Below are positions 11,241 to 24,349 of a stretch of DNA of 64,000 nucleotides, one piece after another. The notes beneath the pieces were generated by a model. The model was not told the DNA's origin and ran no database searches. It worked only from the letters and a program-made list of their open reading frames with translations. Origin of the DNA: Ruditapes philippinarum (Eukaryota); NCBI RefSeq assembly GCF_026571515.1, contig NW_026857783.1, positions 178,878-242,877 of the forward strand, written 5' to 3'. Each line of letters opens with the position of its first letter. Position 1 is the stretch's first letter. The translations under genes were made by a program, and so were the position numbers.

Positions 11241-11924
11241 ATTGATGAAGGTTGTGGTATAACTTGTGAGCAAATTTAAGAGGTTTTCTTTATCAAAACT
11301 GCTGAAACTTGGGCAGGTACCTGTAATAAGTCTGGTCAGACCATAAAGACTTTATGCTGGTGGTACAGCAAGCATGATAATTTTTTTGCTAAATAACGGT
11401 TTTTGACTTAACATGTTTTGAGTGCATGGCTGTGTGAAGCTTTGTATGGGTTGCTTGGTTCTGTTCTTATAGTGAAGGCCAGATGTCATTAGATAACTTA
11501 TATGTTAAAGAAGCTCAACTTAGGTTGAAAAGTCTAAGAACATTATATTTTAAACTGTTACATAATTTAACTGGTGCACTTTATATGGAAAAATATGCAA
11601 AAATTAATAAAAAAAATTACACTCTGTATTGAAAATGAAAATCAATTTTTCAGTGCAATTTTAAGCCCGCTTTGAGTTAAAAGCACTTTTAAATGCTTTT
11701 CATCTTTAGTCATTTTCATTTGCACAATAAAAATGATTATTCTGCTAAAATAGAGTGATCAATGATATGAAATTTTGCACACAAGTTAGTGTTGTATACC
11801 TTCAACAGTTGGTACACAAATCGTGATAAAGTATTTCCAGTCCCTCCATGTCAAAAAAACTTCTGAATCAGTAGAGTTGCTTTAAAAGGTTCATATGGAG
11901 AATTTCTTTTCTTTCTTGTTCCAG

Positions 11925-12038
11925 CATGAGACAGAAACCATAGAGGTTAAACAAGGGGAGACAAGTCTACAGGTTTCTGTAGAGATGCCCTTTGACATAA
12001 GGTCGATTGAATGTCCTTCACAAAAGATAAAGGTCAAG
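11925..12038 (+). CDS. PARP4: VIT domain C-terminal exon
   Basis: HETETIEVKQGETSLQVSVEMPFDIRSIECPSQKIKVK; acceptor tcttgttccag|, donor AAG|gtgagt; 38 codons. Confidence 0.7.
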
Positions 12039-12311
12039 GTGAGTTATCAATAGAAATTCAACACTCAAGGAAGACATATATTTGGAAGAATTTATTTAGA
12101 GTCTGAAGTAAAATTTAACTATGTTGCTTTATTAAAGTTATGAAGCATTTTCAGGTATTGTTTTTGTTTAAAAGAGATGTTGTTGATTGTTTGATTATGG
12201 ATAGACTTGGTTCTTTTATACAAGTAATTTGTTTCTTGATAAATGCCTCTGAAACAAAAAAATTGTACTTTTTTTAGATAGGGCAAACATAGTTTTATAA
12301 CATTTAATAAT

Positions 12312-12490
12312 GATTTAAGAGCATGTTAGATGCTTATCATCTAAAGAATGTAGTGCTGAACGTTAAATTATTTCTCTTGAAAAAAAACAAAATGTTAACA
12401 AAGTAGTATGTTGACTTACCTACAAAAGACTTTATCAAAATTAACTATACTTATTGCAAAATGCAAAAGAAACAAATGATGGTTCTGGTT
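12312..12490 (+). repeat. SINE-like family B copy
   Basis: gagcatgttagatgcttatcatctaaagaatgtagtgctgaacgttaaatt...atgttaacaaagtagtatgttgacttacctacaaaagact. Confidence 0.45.
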
Positions 12491-12741
12491 AATTGGTCAA
12501 TGAGTAACTTTTTGAAATTTTTTGAGGACATTTGAAAGCTTTTGAAGAATGAACATAAAGCATTTCTGTGATATAATGGGCCTTTTAGTACCTAAAACAT
12601 TTACAATTCTGGATATATCAAATATTTGTGTCGATAAAAACTTGTAAATTATGTTTTTAATGATGACTTGCTTTATGTAATGATAAAAAATAGACAAATT
12701 TACATAAAACATTCTCACAGTATTTGAAATATATTTTACAG

Positions 12742-12879
12742 AGGACATTAACAAAAGCAACAATTGAAATGTTGGAAGGAGAATCTATTGGGGATGGTTT
12801 CCAGCTTTTGATTGGTTTAGCTGAGATACATGTACCAAGAATGTGGGTGGAACGGAAACCAGACGATCAGAATCATCAG
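12742..12879 (+). CDS. PARP4: VIT-VWA linker exon
   Basis: RTLTKATIEMLEGESIGDGFQLLIGLAEIHVPRMWVERKPDDQNHQ; acceptor atattttacag|, donor CAG|gtgatt; MITE copy begins 26 bp downstream. Confidence 0.7.
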
Positions 12880-12905
12880 GTGATTGATTCTAATACAAAA
12901 TAAAT

Positions 12906-13128
12906 GAGCGGCATCATGACAAAACCAACATAATGCGACCAGCATTGATCCAGACCAGCCTGCGCATCCGTGCAGTTTGATCAGGATCCATGCTAGCAGT
13001 TTCTTTACTTGTTATAGGGTCTGTAGGCGAACAGCATGGATCCTGATCAGACTGCGCGGATGCACAGACTGGTCTGGATCCATGCTGGTTGCAAACCCAT
13101 GATGTTGGTTTTGTCATGGCGCGGCTCA
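12906..13128. mobile_element. MITE (family M), full copy with AAAT target-site duplication
   Basis: TIR gagcggcatcatgacaaaaccaacat ... atgttggttttgtcatggcgcggctc; internal palindromic core cctgcgcatccgtgcag / ctgcgcggatgcacag; flanks aaat|...|aaat. Confidence 0.8.
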
Positions 13129-13764
13129 AATGAGATTCAAGGATGCAATGTTGAGTTAAAATATTGGGGATATGTGTTTGTTTCTCTGTTCAATGCAGAA
13201 TGAATACCTAATCTGATGTATTTTGAACTATATAGCCAAGAATGAAAATAAAACGGCATGTGTTCATGACTAGAATATAATTTGATCTGTCAAACAGAAC
13301 AATAAATTTTCTACTTATTTCATGCTTTCCAGCTGTTTTCTGATTATTTCCTTGATTTCATAGCTACCACTTCATGACATCTTCAAATTATGACATCACA
13401 ATATCCAGGTTGATAAAAAAATAGTTGTGTAAAGTTTTTATCAAAGGATGTTTTTCAAAAATTAATGATCATGAATCTTTTATGTACTGACATGGAGTAT
13501 TGTTTAACAGATTATTTTTAAGAGCCATAGGTTCTTTTTATTTTTAGATATTTCTTAACCATGCCAATAAAAACAAAAGCTAAACAATTGGCATTTAGGA
13601 ATATATTAATTTACACATGTACAATTAAATGTCATGTCCCTGAAGAAAGAAAATTTGAAAATTGAAAGAAAATGCTAATTAACTTCTTGTTTACTCTATG
13701 ATTGTAAGAGATCATACAATTGTCAGATGTTTGTATATATTTTTTTCTTATCTTGTTTATAAAG

Positions 13765-13951
13765 GCATGCATGTTGGCATTTTACCCAGAATTTGAGGCG
13801 TGCGAGACGGATGATGTAAACATGATTCTACTGCTGGATCTGTCCAATTCTATGAAAGGAGATGCCATTGTTAGTGCCAAAAAAGTTTTACTGCTGACCC
13901 TTCAACATTTACCTTCCACCTGGAACTTTAATGTCATAGTGTTTGGAACAG
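13765..13951 (+). CDS. PARP4: VWA domain exon with MIDAS motif
   Basis: ACMLAFYPEFEACETDDVNMILLLDLSNSMKGDAIVSAKKVLLLTLQHLPSTWNFNVIVFGT; DLSNS is a DxSxS MIDAS motif; acceptor tttataaag|, donor G|gtgtgt. Confidence 0.85.
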
Positions 13952-14751
13952 GTGTGTGTGTCTTTGTGTGTATTTCTTAATCATAAGGTTAAACTGTTAG
14001 TCATTCAAGTGTTTTAATAGTAGTGGTATTGATAAAGAGACCATTTGCATCAGCACCATTCTAGAGAAAGGTAAAACAGTACATCAATGTTGTTTGACTT
14101 ATGTCTGTTCTGTTTTGCTGCTAAGTTGTCAATATGTTATGATATAAGAATCTTTCGATACCTTTACTACAACGCATTTTTAGACCTTTACGCAAATTAA
14201 GCATGGTAAGAGATAAAATTCTATAACTTATAATTTTTCAGTTACTTTTAGTCCTTTATTTCACTGTTTTAGTGTGTACAGGTGAGCTTCATAGGTCTTC
14301 CCTCGCCAGAGGTCAAGCTAAAAAGTTTTTTTTTAACAGTGTCACTTGAAATATAAAGACACTTAATAAAAACAAAACTTCACATTTATTAAACAGAACT
14401 TTTATCTTTTTCTTTGAGATTATTTTCAAGTCATCAGTAATGTTGGTTTACCCGTAACCTGGTGAATCTCTTAAATGTACCTCTCCAGCTTCCATTTTAG
14501 AATAGTCCACTATCAGTTTTGGGGATATCAAAATGAAATTTGAAGTTGCACAGTCAACAGACTGCACAGATATCCAGGCTGGCCTGTGTCTATACTGGTG
14601 ACAAAGTCAAAATACTTTAGATTCTAGCATGTGTAGGGTTCAAGTTGATATGAAAAGGTCAATGTTCATAAGACGGAGAAATAATCAAAGTAACAAATTT
14701 TTGACACATGTAGTTATTTTTAGTAACATTATGTAATTTTGTTTATTTCAG

Positions 14752-14825
14752 CCTGGAAAGAGTTGTTTCCCACTTGTGTAGCTAAAACTTCATCAAATAT
14801 GAAACAAGCATCAGAGTTTGTGATG
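14752..14825 (+). CDS. PARP4: VWA domain exon
   Basis: AWKELFPTCVAKTSSNMKQASEFVM; acceptor gtttatttcag|, donor ATG|gtaaat; phase 1 to 0. Confidence 0.65.
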
Positions 14826-14954
14826 GTAAATACACATGTATTTGTATAGAGAAAGTAAAGGAATTTTGTGACATTGCTCTTAATTTGTTTATGTCAAGCT
14901 TTGCTACTGACAGAAAAATAGGACCTTCACACTCATACGAGTGTATCTACAACA

Positions 14955-16105
14955 GGGTGTATCTTTGTTATACCCCCACAAACGAAGTTTAGGGGGGGTA
15001 TATAGGAGTCAGCTTGTCGGTCGGTTGGTCGGTCGGTCGGTCCACATCATGGTTTCCGGACGATAACTAGAGTTTGGAATGAGATATTGTAATCAGACTT
15101 GGTATATAGCAACCTTATGTGGAAACTCCGGTTGGTATTGCATTTGGACCCCCTGGAGTCAAGGTCAAGGTCAACGTTACTGAAAATAGAAAAATGGTTT
15201 CCGGACAATAACTACAGGTAGGAACGAGATATTGTTATCAAACTTGGTGTATAGCAAGCTTACATGAAGACCTGTGTTGGTATTGCATTTGGACCCCCTG
15301 AGGTCAAGGTCACCGTTACTAAAAATAGAAAAATGGTTTCCGGACAATAACTATGAATGAGATATTGTTATCAAACTTGGTGTATAGAAAGCTTATATGA
15401 AGACCTTGGTTGGTATTGCATTTGGACCCCCTGGGATCAAGGTCAAGGTCACCGTTATTTAATGGTTTCCGGACAATAACTACAGTTAGGAATGAGATAT
15501 TGTTATCAAACTTGGTGTATAGCAAGCTTATATAAAGACCTGGGTTGGTATTGCATTTGGACCCCCTGGGGTCATGGTCAAGGTCACTGTTACTAAAAAT
15601 AGAAAAATGGTTTCCAGACAGTTACTAGAGTTAGGAATGAGATATTGTTATCAAACTTGGGGTATAACAAGCTGATATGAAGACCTGGGTTGGTATTGCA
15701 TTTGGGCCCACTGGGGTCAAGGTCACTGTTACTAAAAATAGGAAAATGGTTTTCGGACAATAACTTGAGTTAGGAATGAGATATTGTAATCAAACTTGGT
15801 GTATAGCAAGCTTATATAAAGACCTGGGTTGGTATTGCATTTGGACCCCCTAGGGTCAAGGTCACCGATACAGTGTTACTAAAAATAGAAAAATGGTTTC
15901 CGGACAATAACTAGAGTTAGGAATGAGATATTGTTATCAAACTTTGTGAAAAGCAAGCTTATTCAGAGACCCCAGTTGGGATTACAATTAATTGAAATAT
16001 TTCTTTGTACACAGTTGATAGTTTGTGATCAATTTTTCTTCAGACTACTTACTTTTCAAAAAGTCAAAGTTGCTGGTGGGGGTATTAATCACCTTCAGTG
16101 ATAAG
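14955..16105 (+). mobile_element. TIR element (TTATACCCCCAC...GTGGGGGTATTA) with ~165-bp satellite x5
   Basis: 5' gttatacccccacaaacgaagtttagggggggtatataggagtcagcttgtcggtcggttggtcggtcgg; 3' gttgctggtgggggtattaatcaccttcagtgataag; internal unit ...ggtttccggacaataactagagttaggaatgagatattgttatcaaacttggtgtatagcaagctta... Confidence 0.6.
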
Positions 16106-16817
16106 TCTAGTTATTTTTTGGCACTAAAGGCCTTAAGGCAGTAATGTTTTTATCTTTGAATTTTACCTTTTACTGTTTCATGTAATAATTGATTGTACAG
16201 GGAAACTTCTGTAGTTCTTCTTTCTTATGAGAAGGAAGAACTATGTTTGTTGAAATTCACTGAGCCGTGATGCTATTAAATTTCACCTAGAAATCCAAAG
16301 CATTCAGAATGTATATGGGACATGCCATTTTGTTCTATGGACAGTGCCATTTTGATATAAGGTAGTTTTACTTTTAGTTTAGAGGTAAACACAGTTACTA
16401 GCAGCAGACTATAGGAAACAGTATGATTGTCATCATAGAACAGAAGAAGAAAAGTTTAGAAAAAAAAAGACAAAATTTAATGTATTATAATAAATGTCAT
16501 TTTGCGTGTATAAATTATTTCAGTAAATATATATTGTGACACCCCCACTTCCACCTTCAAATGGGACAAGTCTATCTGTTAATTGCATCAGAAAACATTG
16601 TATTGTCTATTTAAAGGTTGAATTGTCTGGCCCCTTTAAGACCATTTCTAGTCAAAGGAAACCACATCTGCATGACACTGCTTATTTTTTCCAGCTTCTA
16701 AACATGGACTCCTGTTTATAATCAAATGTATATTCATAAATTTAGTGTTGCCCTTGAAACAATTTTGGTAAGCTTAACTTGTTGAAGTAGCTAAATCTCA
16801 AGATAATGATATTTCAG

Positions 16818-17005
16818 AGCTTGTCTCCAACTATGGGTAACACAGAGGTTGTGAGGCCACTACATACATTCTACCTGATGAAACAGGAAAACTCCATGCA
16901 GAATGTGTTACTTATATCTGACGGACATATGAACAACACGGAACTGTTACTAAATAGTGTACGAACAAATTGCCAACATACCAGAGTGTTTACTGTAGGA
17001 GTCAG
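16818..17005 (+). CDS. PARP4: VWA domain exon
   Basis: SLSPTMGNTEVVRPLHTFYLMKQENSMQNVLLISDGHMNNTELLLNSVRTNCQHTRVFTVGV (VLLISDG... and VFTVGVG-type VWA blocks); acceptor atatttcag|, donor AG|gtaaat. Confidence 0.8.
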
Positions 17006-17745
17006 GTAAATCAATAAATACTTGGTTTAAACATATTTTTATTCAAAGTAATATATACATGTTAAAATTTACAATTTAAGCAGAAAGGAATTGGACCGAG
17101 AGCTACAATAGCTCATGGTAGTCCTCTCCTTTAACAAAAGCAATATGTTCATACATGTATATTACATGGCTTATCATAATTTTAATTAAACCCTATAAAG
17201 AAGGAAAATGAAGAGAAAAAAAATACAAATACATGTATGCAATTGATAGAAAATAATAAAGAGAAAGATGGAGAAAAGAGGAGTTTGCGGATGTTTCTAT
17301 ATCATTTGTCGTTTTGGTAGGAACATCATGTATGGAAAAAAAAACACTTTATTTTGAAGTGATAAGAAAATTGTTTGTGTTGATCAGGTATATGATTTAT
17401 AGGGATTTATAGATTGGTGAAAGTGGCAAGGAATCAAATAAGTTATAACTTGATTGCATTTTATAAAAGTGCATGTAATCATACTGTAGACAGGCTAAGA
17501 GCACATTTTTAAACAGATTTTTGAAGTTCTTATACATTCTTATTGTTCAGGTTTACCTGCTTTGTTATTAAAAATAATGTCCTAAAGATAATTTTTGTTA
17601 ATACATTATAGAAAAAGATAAGCATTTGGGCTTGATAACATATATCCCAAAGATATTTATATCGTTTATTAATGAGATGATACTTAAAAAAAAGTTGTAT
17701 AACATGAAATAAGGTAAAATACTTGAGGTTAGTGATTTGAGCATC

Positions 17746-17911
17746 AGCTCAGTCTGATCAGGATCCATGCTGTTCACTATCAGTTTCTCTACTTGTAATA
17801 GAGTTGGTAAGCGAACAGCATGGATCCTGATCAGACTGCGCGGATGCACAGGTTGATCTGGATCCATGCTGGTCACAAATGCGCAATGTTGGTTTTGTCG
17901 TGACGCGGCTC
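17746..17911. mobile_element. MITE family M, 5'-truncated copy abutting acceptor of exon 17928
   Basis: ...cagtctgatcaggatccatgctgttcactatcag...atgttggttttgtcgtgacgcggctc then atttatgtttttacag|TGG. Confidence 0.75.
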
Positions 17912-17927
17912 ATTTATGTTTTTACAG

Positions 17928-18027
17928 TGGCACAGCTGACAGACACATGTTGAGGGCTTTGGCTAGAGTTGGTGCAGGGTCCTTTGAGTACTTTGATACA
18001 AAAGTTAAATCTAAATGGGAAACAAAG
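17928..18027 (+). CDS. PARP4: VWA domain C-terminal exon
   Basis: SGTADRHMLRALARVGAGSFEYFDTKVKSKWETK; acceptor tgtttttacag| lies 14 bp after a MITE end; donor AAG|gtaaaa. Confidence 0.75.
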
Positions 18028-18391
18028 GTAAAAGTGATGGGCTGAGTATAGAAATAGTATGGTTAATTGTTTGTCATGTTGCTTAAGTTATTCCAAAATT
18101 CATGTTGTATTCCAGAAGACTGATACCTACAAACATTTCCAAAGATTTGTATGAAATAATTTTCTATTTTTCCATGAATATCTGTCAACTTCTCCTCAGA
18201 ATACATTGCATCAGTCTATGTAGGATAAAAAGACATCAGCCAAAAAATGTTTTCAACCAAATAGAAATTGAAAAATTTATCCAGCTTGGAGACTGCAGTT
18301 GATAAAGATCTGTAGAAATTGTACCCTCCCTGCAATTTGAGGTTCTTGTCTTTATTTTATCTATTATATCTAAATGTCTTTATTTAACAAG

Positions 18392-18562
18392 GTTAAATCT
18401 CAGATCAGCAAGGCCGCCCAGCCAGGTCTGACGTCAGTACAAGTGGAATGGGAACAGCATGGTGCCGATGTTCCACCTCCGGTTCAAGCCCCTCGACAAA
18501 TTACGGCCCTATTTAACGGTTCTCGTTCCGTGATATACGGATATGTTCCTAACTGTACAATG
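18392..18562 (+). CDS. PARP4: PARP4-like post-VWA exon
   Basis: VKSQISKAAQPGLTSVQVEWEQHGADVPPPVQAPRQITALFNGSRSVIYGYVPNCTM; acceptor tatttaacaag| is weak; donor ATG|gtaagt; 57 codons. Confidence 0.65.
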
Positions 18563-18926
18563 GTAAGTTCATTTTCTATTTTGTTTTCTGGTTGCTATAA
18601 TCTCTTATGGAGTATTAGAAATCTGTGTTTATATTTGCCACTTACATTTTTGTATTATATCTCCCTCTAAAAGTTATGATATTATAATTTATTTCCCTCT
18701 AAAATTATATTAATTTTGCCTTTAATATTTTTGAAAAAGACCATTGCTGGAGACTTACAACTAAATGCTCATGCAAATTTTATAAAAAAAAGAAAAGAAC
18801 TTTTTAACACATTATATTTGAATTTTATGCATCTAACTTGCATGCTATCTGTAGTATTAAATGGTAATTGTGCATAAAAATTAATATCCATATCCTCAAT
18901 ATAAGTATGAACTTCTGTAATTTTAG

Positions 18927-19007
18927 GCAACATTGAGAGCAAGTGTAGCTGGAGAAGAGGTCTCCACCATGGTATCAACCTCGGACCTCAGTATTACAAA
19001 TGGACAT
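18927..19007 (+). CDS. PARP4: PARP4-like post-VWA exon
   Basis: ATLRASVAGEEVSTMVSTSDLSITNGH; acceptor taattttag|, donor CAT|gtaaga; 27 codons. Confidence 0.6.
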
Positions 19008-19260
19008 GTAAGATTTTAAACTGTAGCATAGATTGATTATAAACTTCCCATAGCATGCCAAACATAATCATAAGTTGTTGTTTTAATATTAAAATTCAGA
19101 TATAACTTTTTTAACAATTTATCGAATATTTAGTATTGGGTCATTTGGTACGCTGACAATATATCATTATAAAATTTCTGTGAAAGTTAACTATACAGGC
19201 ATGACCTCACATGTATTTATTTAAAATTTGATAAATAGGCATAATAACTTTATTTTCCAG

Positions 19261-19341
19261 ATTTTACATCGTCTGACAGCAAGGGCAATAATCAGTGACT
19301 GGGAAAATGGAGTCTTGTCTGCTGACCGTACTGACCATGAG
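19261..19341 (+). CDS. PARP4: PARP4-like post-VWA exon
   Basis: ILHRLTARAIISDWENGVLSADRTDHE; acceptor tttattttccag|, donor GAG|gtacag. Confidence 0.65.
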
Positions 19342-19689
19342 GTACAGTAAAATTCCCCAAATCTGTGGGGTATTTATTATAGACATTTTTCACCAGTACA
19401 GGAACCATACTGTCCAGTCTTACCAGAATCATTTTTGACAGCAGTATTTCAACATTTTGACATCAGATTACTAGTACCAGTGAAATATGATTTATATCAT
19501 TCACTATATATGATCTCTAATTTATAAAAACACAGTCTTTTTATATGTTAGGCATAATAAAATTTTATCCTAAACATTTTCTTATATCAAATGTTGGTCA
19601 ATCACCAATATAACAGTCGATGTTTTGAAATATATAGTCATTCCAGCTCAACTTGACAATGAAAAAAGAGGCATAATGTTTTTTTAAGA

Positions 19690-19850
19690 TGATAAATTGC
19701 AGTCTATTATATATAGAGCATATTGAATGAGTGTTGGTTTAATACTAAATTTATTGAACGAGTTGAATAAAATCATATTATGCAAGCATAATATTTTTCT
19801 ATTCCACGAGTTAAATGAATTTAGTTTTGATTCTACACGAATATAGTATT
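19690..19850. repeat. palindromic MITE-like family C copy
   Basis: atattgaatgagtgttggtttaatactaaatttattgaacgagttgaataaaatcatattatgcaagcataatatttttctattccacgagttaaatgaatttag. Confidence 0.4.
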
Positions 19851-20096
19851 CTATTTGTCACACATATAAAAAAGAACGGTAAACTGTTAACAAGAGTCAC
19901 TTTTATTTGACGCACTATAGTGTAAAGCTAACAAGGCGCTTTAACGCTATGTTCATATATAGAGCGCCAATGACATCACATCAAAGTGTTATTACACAAG
20001 TGTTATATTGTTTTTAGTACATGGCTTTATTGTACTCCTGCACTATTAATTTAAAGAAGTAGGAAATTTCATGTATTTAATTATATTTTATTACAG

Positions 20097-20198
20097 ATAT
20101 TGAAGATGAACACTAAAGATTATATCATTGAGTTAAGTAAGGAGTACTCTATTGTCACTCAATTCACCAGCTTTGTTGCCATAGAAAAAAGAGACAAG
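20097..20198 (+). CDS. PARP4: PARP4-like exon with TSFVA motif typical of VIT/VWA-family C-terminal region
   Basis: ILKMNTKDYIIELSKEYSIVTQFTSFVAIEKRDK; acceptor ttttattacag|, donor AAG|gtatag. Confidence 0.7.
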
Positions 20199-20727
20199 GT
20201 ATAGTATTTCAATCTAAAATTTATAGTACTTGCATCAATGTTAGGGGGTTTTTTTTGTGTGCGGAGGTGGGGGTGAGTGGAGGGGATGGGGTGGTCAGGA
20301 GAGGTTTGTTGCATATCAGACTGGATCATCTAGAGTTAACCCACTAGATGCAAGATTTAAGATTACTTGCATACTTTGAACAATAAATTCCACTGTCATT
20401 ATGCATAAGTTGTATAAGTTGTAAATTTATGGGCAGCTGTAGAGAAATGGTGCTTAATAAAGATATGCGGTTCCTTTAAAAAAATTGATTATGGTTAAAA
20501 TGTAATAAAAACTCTGCTGTTACTAGTAATTATTGGTTTCAGCCTTATGGACTGTATTAAAATAATACATTTCTAGTAAAGTTTTAAAAACGATAATCAC
20601 AGCACAACAATTGTGTAATCCTTTGCGAAAAAGATTTTCTTTGCTAAATGCTCATTAGTTGACACAAAGTTAACACCAGTGAAAATAATGAAATTTCCAA
20701 ACAGAGCTGATATTACTTATGATGGTT

Positions 20728-21030
20728 TTTTTTTATGCCCCCTTTTATTGAGTTGGCACTGTCTGTCCGTATGTCTGTCTGTACATCCCCACTTACACAA
20801 CACAACTGTATCTTTGTCATGCATGGAGGGATTTTGAAATAACTTGACACAAGTGTCTACCACATCAAGACAATGTGTCATGTCCCTACTTTGAAGATCA
20901 AGTTCACACAGTTACAAGGTTCACATTCTCACAACTAGAGTTTAAAGGTACACACATTTGTGGCCGCACTGTAAATTTGTCATGCATTGAAGGTTTTAAA
21001 AAAATCAAAAAAAAAATCTTGTTTTTTATA
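20728..21030 (+). repeat. fragment of ATGCCCCC/(GTCT)n-headed element family, ending in A-rich tract that forms the polypyrimidine/acceptor context of exon 21040
   Basis: ttttatgcccccttttattgagttggcactgtctgtccgtatgtctgtctgtacatcc...; no matching 3' TIR, so truncated. Confidence 0.4.
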
Positions 21031-21039
21031 TTTCCAAAG

Positions 21040-21132
21040 GACGAGGAGAAGAAAGCAGTAGATGCCCCGGCTATGTCAGAACTAGTGGAGCGTGAAAATG
21101 TGGATCAACTTCAGTATATGGCATTTGAAGAG
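21040..21132 (+). CDS. PARP4: acidic linker exon
   Basis: DEEKKAVDAPAMSELVERENVDQLQYMAFEE; acceptor tatttccaaag| lies directly after a repeat-element fragment; donor GAG|gtaaga. Confidence 0.55.
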
Positions 21133-22245
21133 GTAAGATCAAAATAATAATTAGGTGGTTTGATGTTATAAGATTGTAGCTCATTCTTTATGTAAATTGA
21201 TTAACAAGTGTTTGCCACTACCATTTAACATGTTATATTTGAAGTAGCCAAAGCTATGGCCATTTTAGAAAATGATGAAGTAGCCAACTTTTTTACTAGG
21301 GGTGTAACTTGAATTGATCTGCAGAACAGTACAATCTCTGCAAAGCAGTACCCTTTGATAGGCAAAGCTTTTTGTTTTTGCAGAGTTTTTAGTCTAGATA
21401 AGTGCATTTTATTAAAAAAACCCTGCAAGCCTCCAGATGAGCCAAAATATTTAAAAAAAATAGTCTAACTTGGGGGAAATATACTTAGATTGTAAGATAA
21501 ATAGATTCAATATTTAAGTAATAATGTATATCTTTTATGAGCAATATATGACTTTGATTTTGCAGTATTTCATATCAACATATTTCTACTGCATTGCTAA
21601 TGCAGTAAGGGCTATTTTTGCATGTTTCCACCTATTTTTGGTAATTTACATGGATTGTTAGTGCAGTTTGCATTGTGTAAATTACTTTCTTTATTCAGTT
21701 TGCAATTATTTACTTTAAGATAACAGATTGTCATACAGGAATTGCATCACTGTATAATACTACAGAATAATAGATCTACAGCTATAAGAATAGTTCTAAC
21801 ACGCTTCACACTATTCCTCTATCAAAAAAATAGAGCAATCAAGTGCATTATTACAAGATATACAATGTATGCACAGCATAAAAAATTTGATTGCTTATGT
21901 GTCATGTGATGTTAGATAACTATGAAGTCAATAAACCAAATGACATCAAGAAAATTTCTTCTACGCTCAATTTAGTCTAACATATTTTTATCAATTCTCT
22001 TTTTATTAAGCATGTTATAATGGAAATAGATATATGTTTTTCTTGCATTAAAGTATAATAAAGCATGCTTTATCGTATTTAATCAGTGACAGGTTCATCG
22101 ACCTTCCTACGCATTTGAACTTGAACAGTGCATTATTCTACAACAGTGAACTCCACTAAATTTGATACAAATAAATGTAAATACCTAGTCCAATATTTAG
22201 GACAGTTAATACTCCAAATTATTATAATCTAATTTTGATTGACAG

Positions 22246-22395
22246 GATAATGACCTTGAGGCTTACTTTAAGAAACTAGATGATGAGCTAGATGAGATTG
22301 ATTCTGATGATGATAAAATCAGACTCCTTAAGGAAGGTTTCAAGCTTGTACGGATGATTCAAGATACAGACCAACAGACAGAGACAATACTGATG
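22246..22395 (+). CDS. PARP4: acidic/helical linker exon
   Basis: DNDLEAYFKKLDDELDEIDSDDDKIRLLKEGFKLVRMIQDTDQQTETILM; acceptor ttgattgacag|, donor ATG|gtttgt; 50 codons. Confidence 0.6.
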
Positions 22396-23014
22396 GTTTG
22401 TGGGATATATATACGCATATTAATTTGATAACTTTCCTCTTGTAGCTGAGGGGTTGCCTTAACGGGTTGAGGCATCAGAATTTCAGCTACCGTTTATCCC
22501 TAATTAAGAGGTGACAAAATGTGTAAGAATAGCTGGAGTCTATGCATCCCTTAGCTCCAGCAGTTGGGATGGTTTTGACCCCAGGTGTTGCTTTGAAGAT
22601 TGTAACACCCAAGGTCCTGTTTCGGTGCCTTTTAACCTAAACTTTGTTGGTGCGCCATAATATCAAACAAACAAATTATTAGATAACTTCTTCCAGGTTA
22701 TATGACATATTATGTAAATTGTAATTAATATAAGAATTTTGAACCAGCTGCTGGTACAGACCGGGATATCTAGCAAGAGGGTAACTGTTTTATGGCAGTA
22801 ACAAGGCTCTGTGTAGGGTGTAAGATTTTTCTAGAATCAGTGTAAATGGTAGAAAATCCTGTCTGACATGCACGAAAAAATATTGCAAAGGCTTTCTTTA
22901 CCATTTTATTCCTGAAAGAATTAAAATTTAAGATGGTTAAGAATAAAGCTTTTTTTCTCAATATTTGTGAACTGATCTGAAATCAGCTATTCATTTTATT
23001 ATCCTTGATTTCAG

Positions 23015-23087
23015 CTGGAAGAAGTGTTTGACAGTTTGGATATAGGTGATAAAGTGGACTTCAGTGAGACTTTTGGAATGGAAAGAA
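23015..23087 (+). CDS. linker exon preceding ubiquitin-like module
   Basis: LEEVFDSLDIGDKVDFSETFGMER; acceptor ttgatttcag|, donor A|gtaaga; ends phase 1, which exactly restores the UBL frame of the next exon. Confidence 0.5.
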
Positions 23088-23195
23088 GTAAGAATATATT
23101 TGTCTATATCAACCTTTAATAAGTTACTAGTACCTTTCTTTAATGTCAGATCATCTATAAGGGCCACCTTTTAATACACTTGAATACCTTTAAAT

Positions 23196-23430
23196 GAGCC
23201 GCGTCATGACAAAACCAACAAAGTGCGTTTGCGACCAGCATGAATCCAGACCAGCCTGCCCATCCGCGCAGTCTGATCAGGATCCATGCTGTTTGCTATC
23301 AGTTTCTCTACTTGTTATAGGGTTTGGAAGCGAACAGCATGGATCCTAATCAGACTGCGCGGATGCGCGGGCTGGTCTGGATACATGCTGGTCGCAAATG
23401 CATTATGTTGGTTTTGTTGTGACGCGGCTC
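23196..23430. mobile_element. MITE family M, full copy with AAAT TSD
   Basis: gagccgcgtcatgacaaaaccaacaaagtgcgtttgcgaccagcatgaatccagaccagcctgcccatccgcgcagtctgatcaggatccatgctg...gacgcggctc; flanks taaat|...|aaatt. Confidence 0.8.
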
Positions 23431-24349
23431 AAATTACGTTTTAATTATGTGGAAGCTTAGCAATATTTTGATTATGAAAGTACAAAAATGTTCTGTACTG
23501 GTTGGGGACCACCAAAAGCGGACAACCACCAAACCCGGACGGCCCCGAAAATGCTTAATATAGTATTTTCTTTGTTCAGTAGTTGTCAGTCACTTTTTTT
23601 TTTTTAACAATAAGTGCATGTTTCTTATATAATTTAGTAAATAAATTTATTTCAACCTCCGTAAATAGTAATATTTTAATGTCTATTTTAAGAATGTTGA
23701 TGTTGAAATTTGGGCATCAAAAAGCAATGCCTGATCTCATATACCAGCTATAATCATTTGCAAAGTAAACAATAGAATTTCCAAAACTTCAGCATTTGTT
23801 GCTGATATATTGTATATAATGTTAAAAATAAAAAATTAAAACACCCAAGCTTTTATATGAATTAAATCACGCCATGTACATATCTGGTACTGTAGTGTAG
23901 ACAATTTAGGTAATTTTGATACCCTCCTTGTCGAGCCTCAGATTTAAGTGTCAATACAATCAGAAATAATCTAACTAGTTCGTTAGTTAGGAGAAGAACC
24001 TAGCTGAACTGTGTCAAATTTTTAGGTCTCTGAGTTCGAAATTATGAAATCTGTATGGAAAATGTTCAAAAAGTGTCCAGTGATGGTCCCCGATGTTTAT
24101 TATAAAAAAGATAATAAAAAAAAAAATAATAATAATACCTAGAATGTACATGCTCATTATGTGAACCATATATACATGTTAAAAATTTTTATCAGAAAAT
24201 AACAGTATGTATTAATTCCATTTGAATATTATGCTTGTAGCTTATTTATCCAGAAGAAAGTTTCTGTATATAGGCCACCAATGTACTTAATATAATAATA
24301 TTATGAACTATTTTTCACTGGTTATAAACTTTTTTATTTATTGATCTAG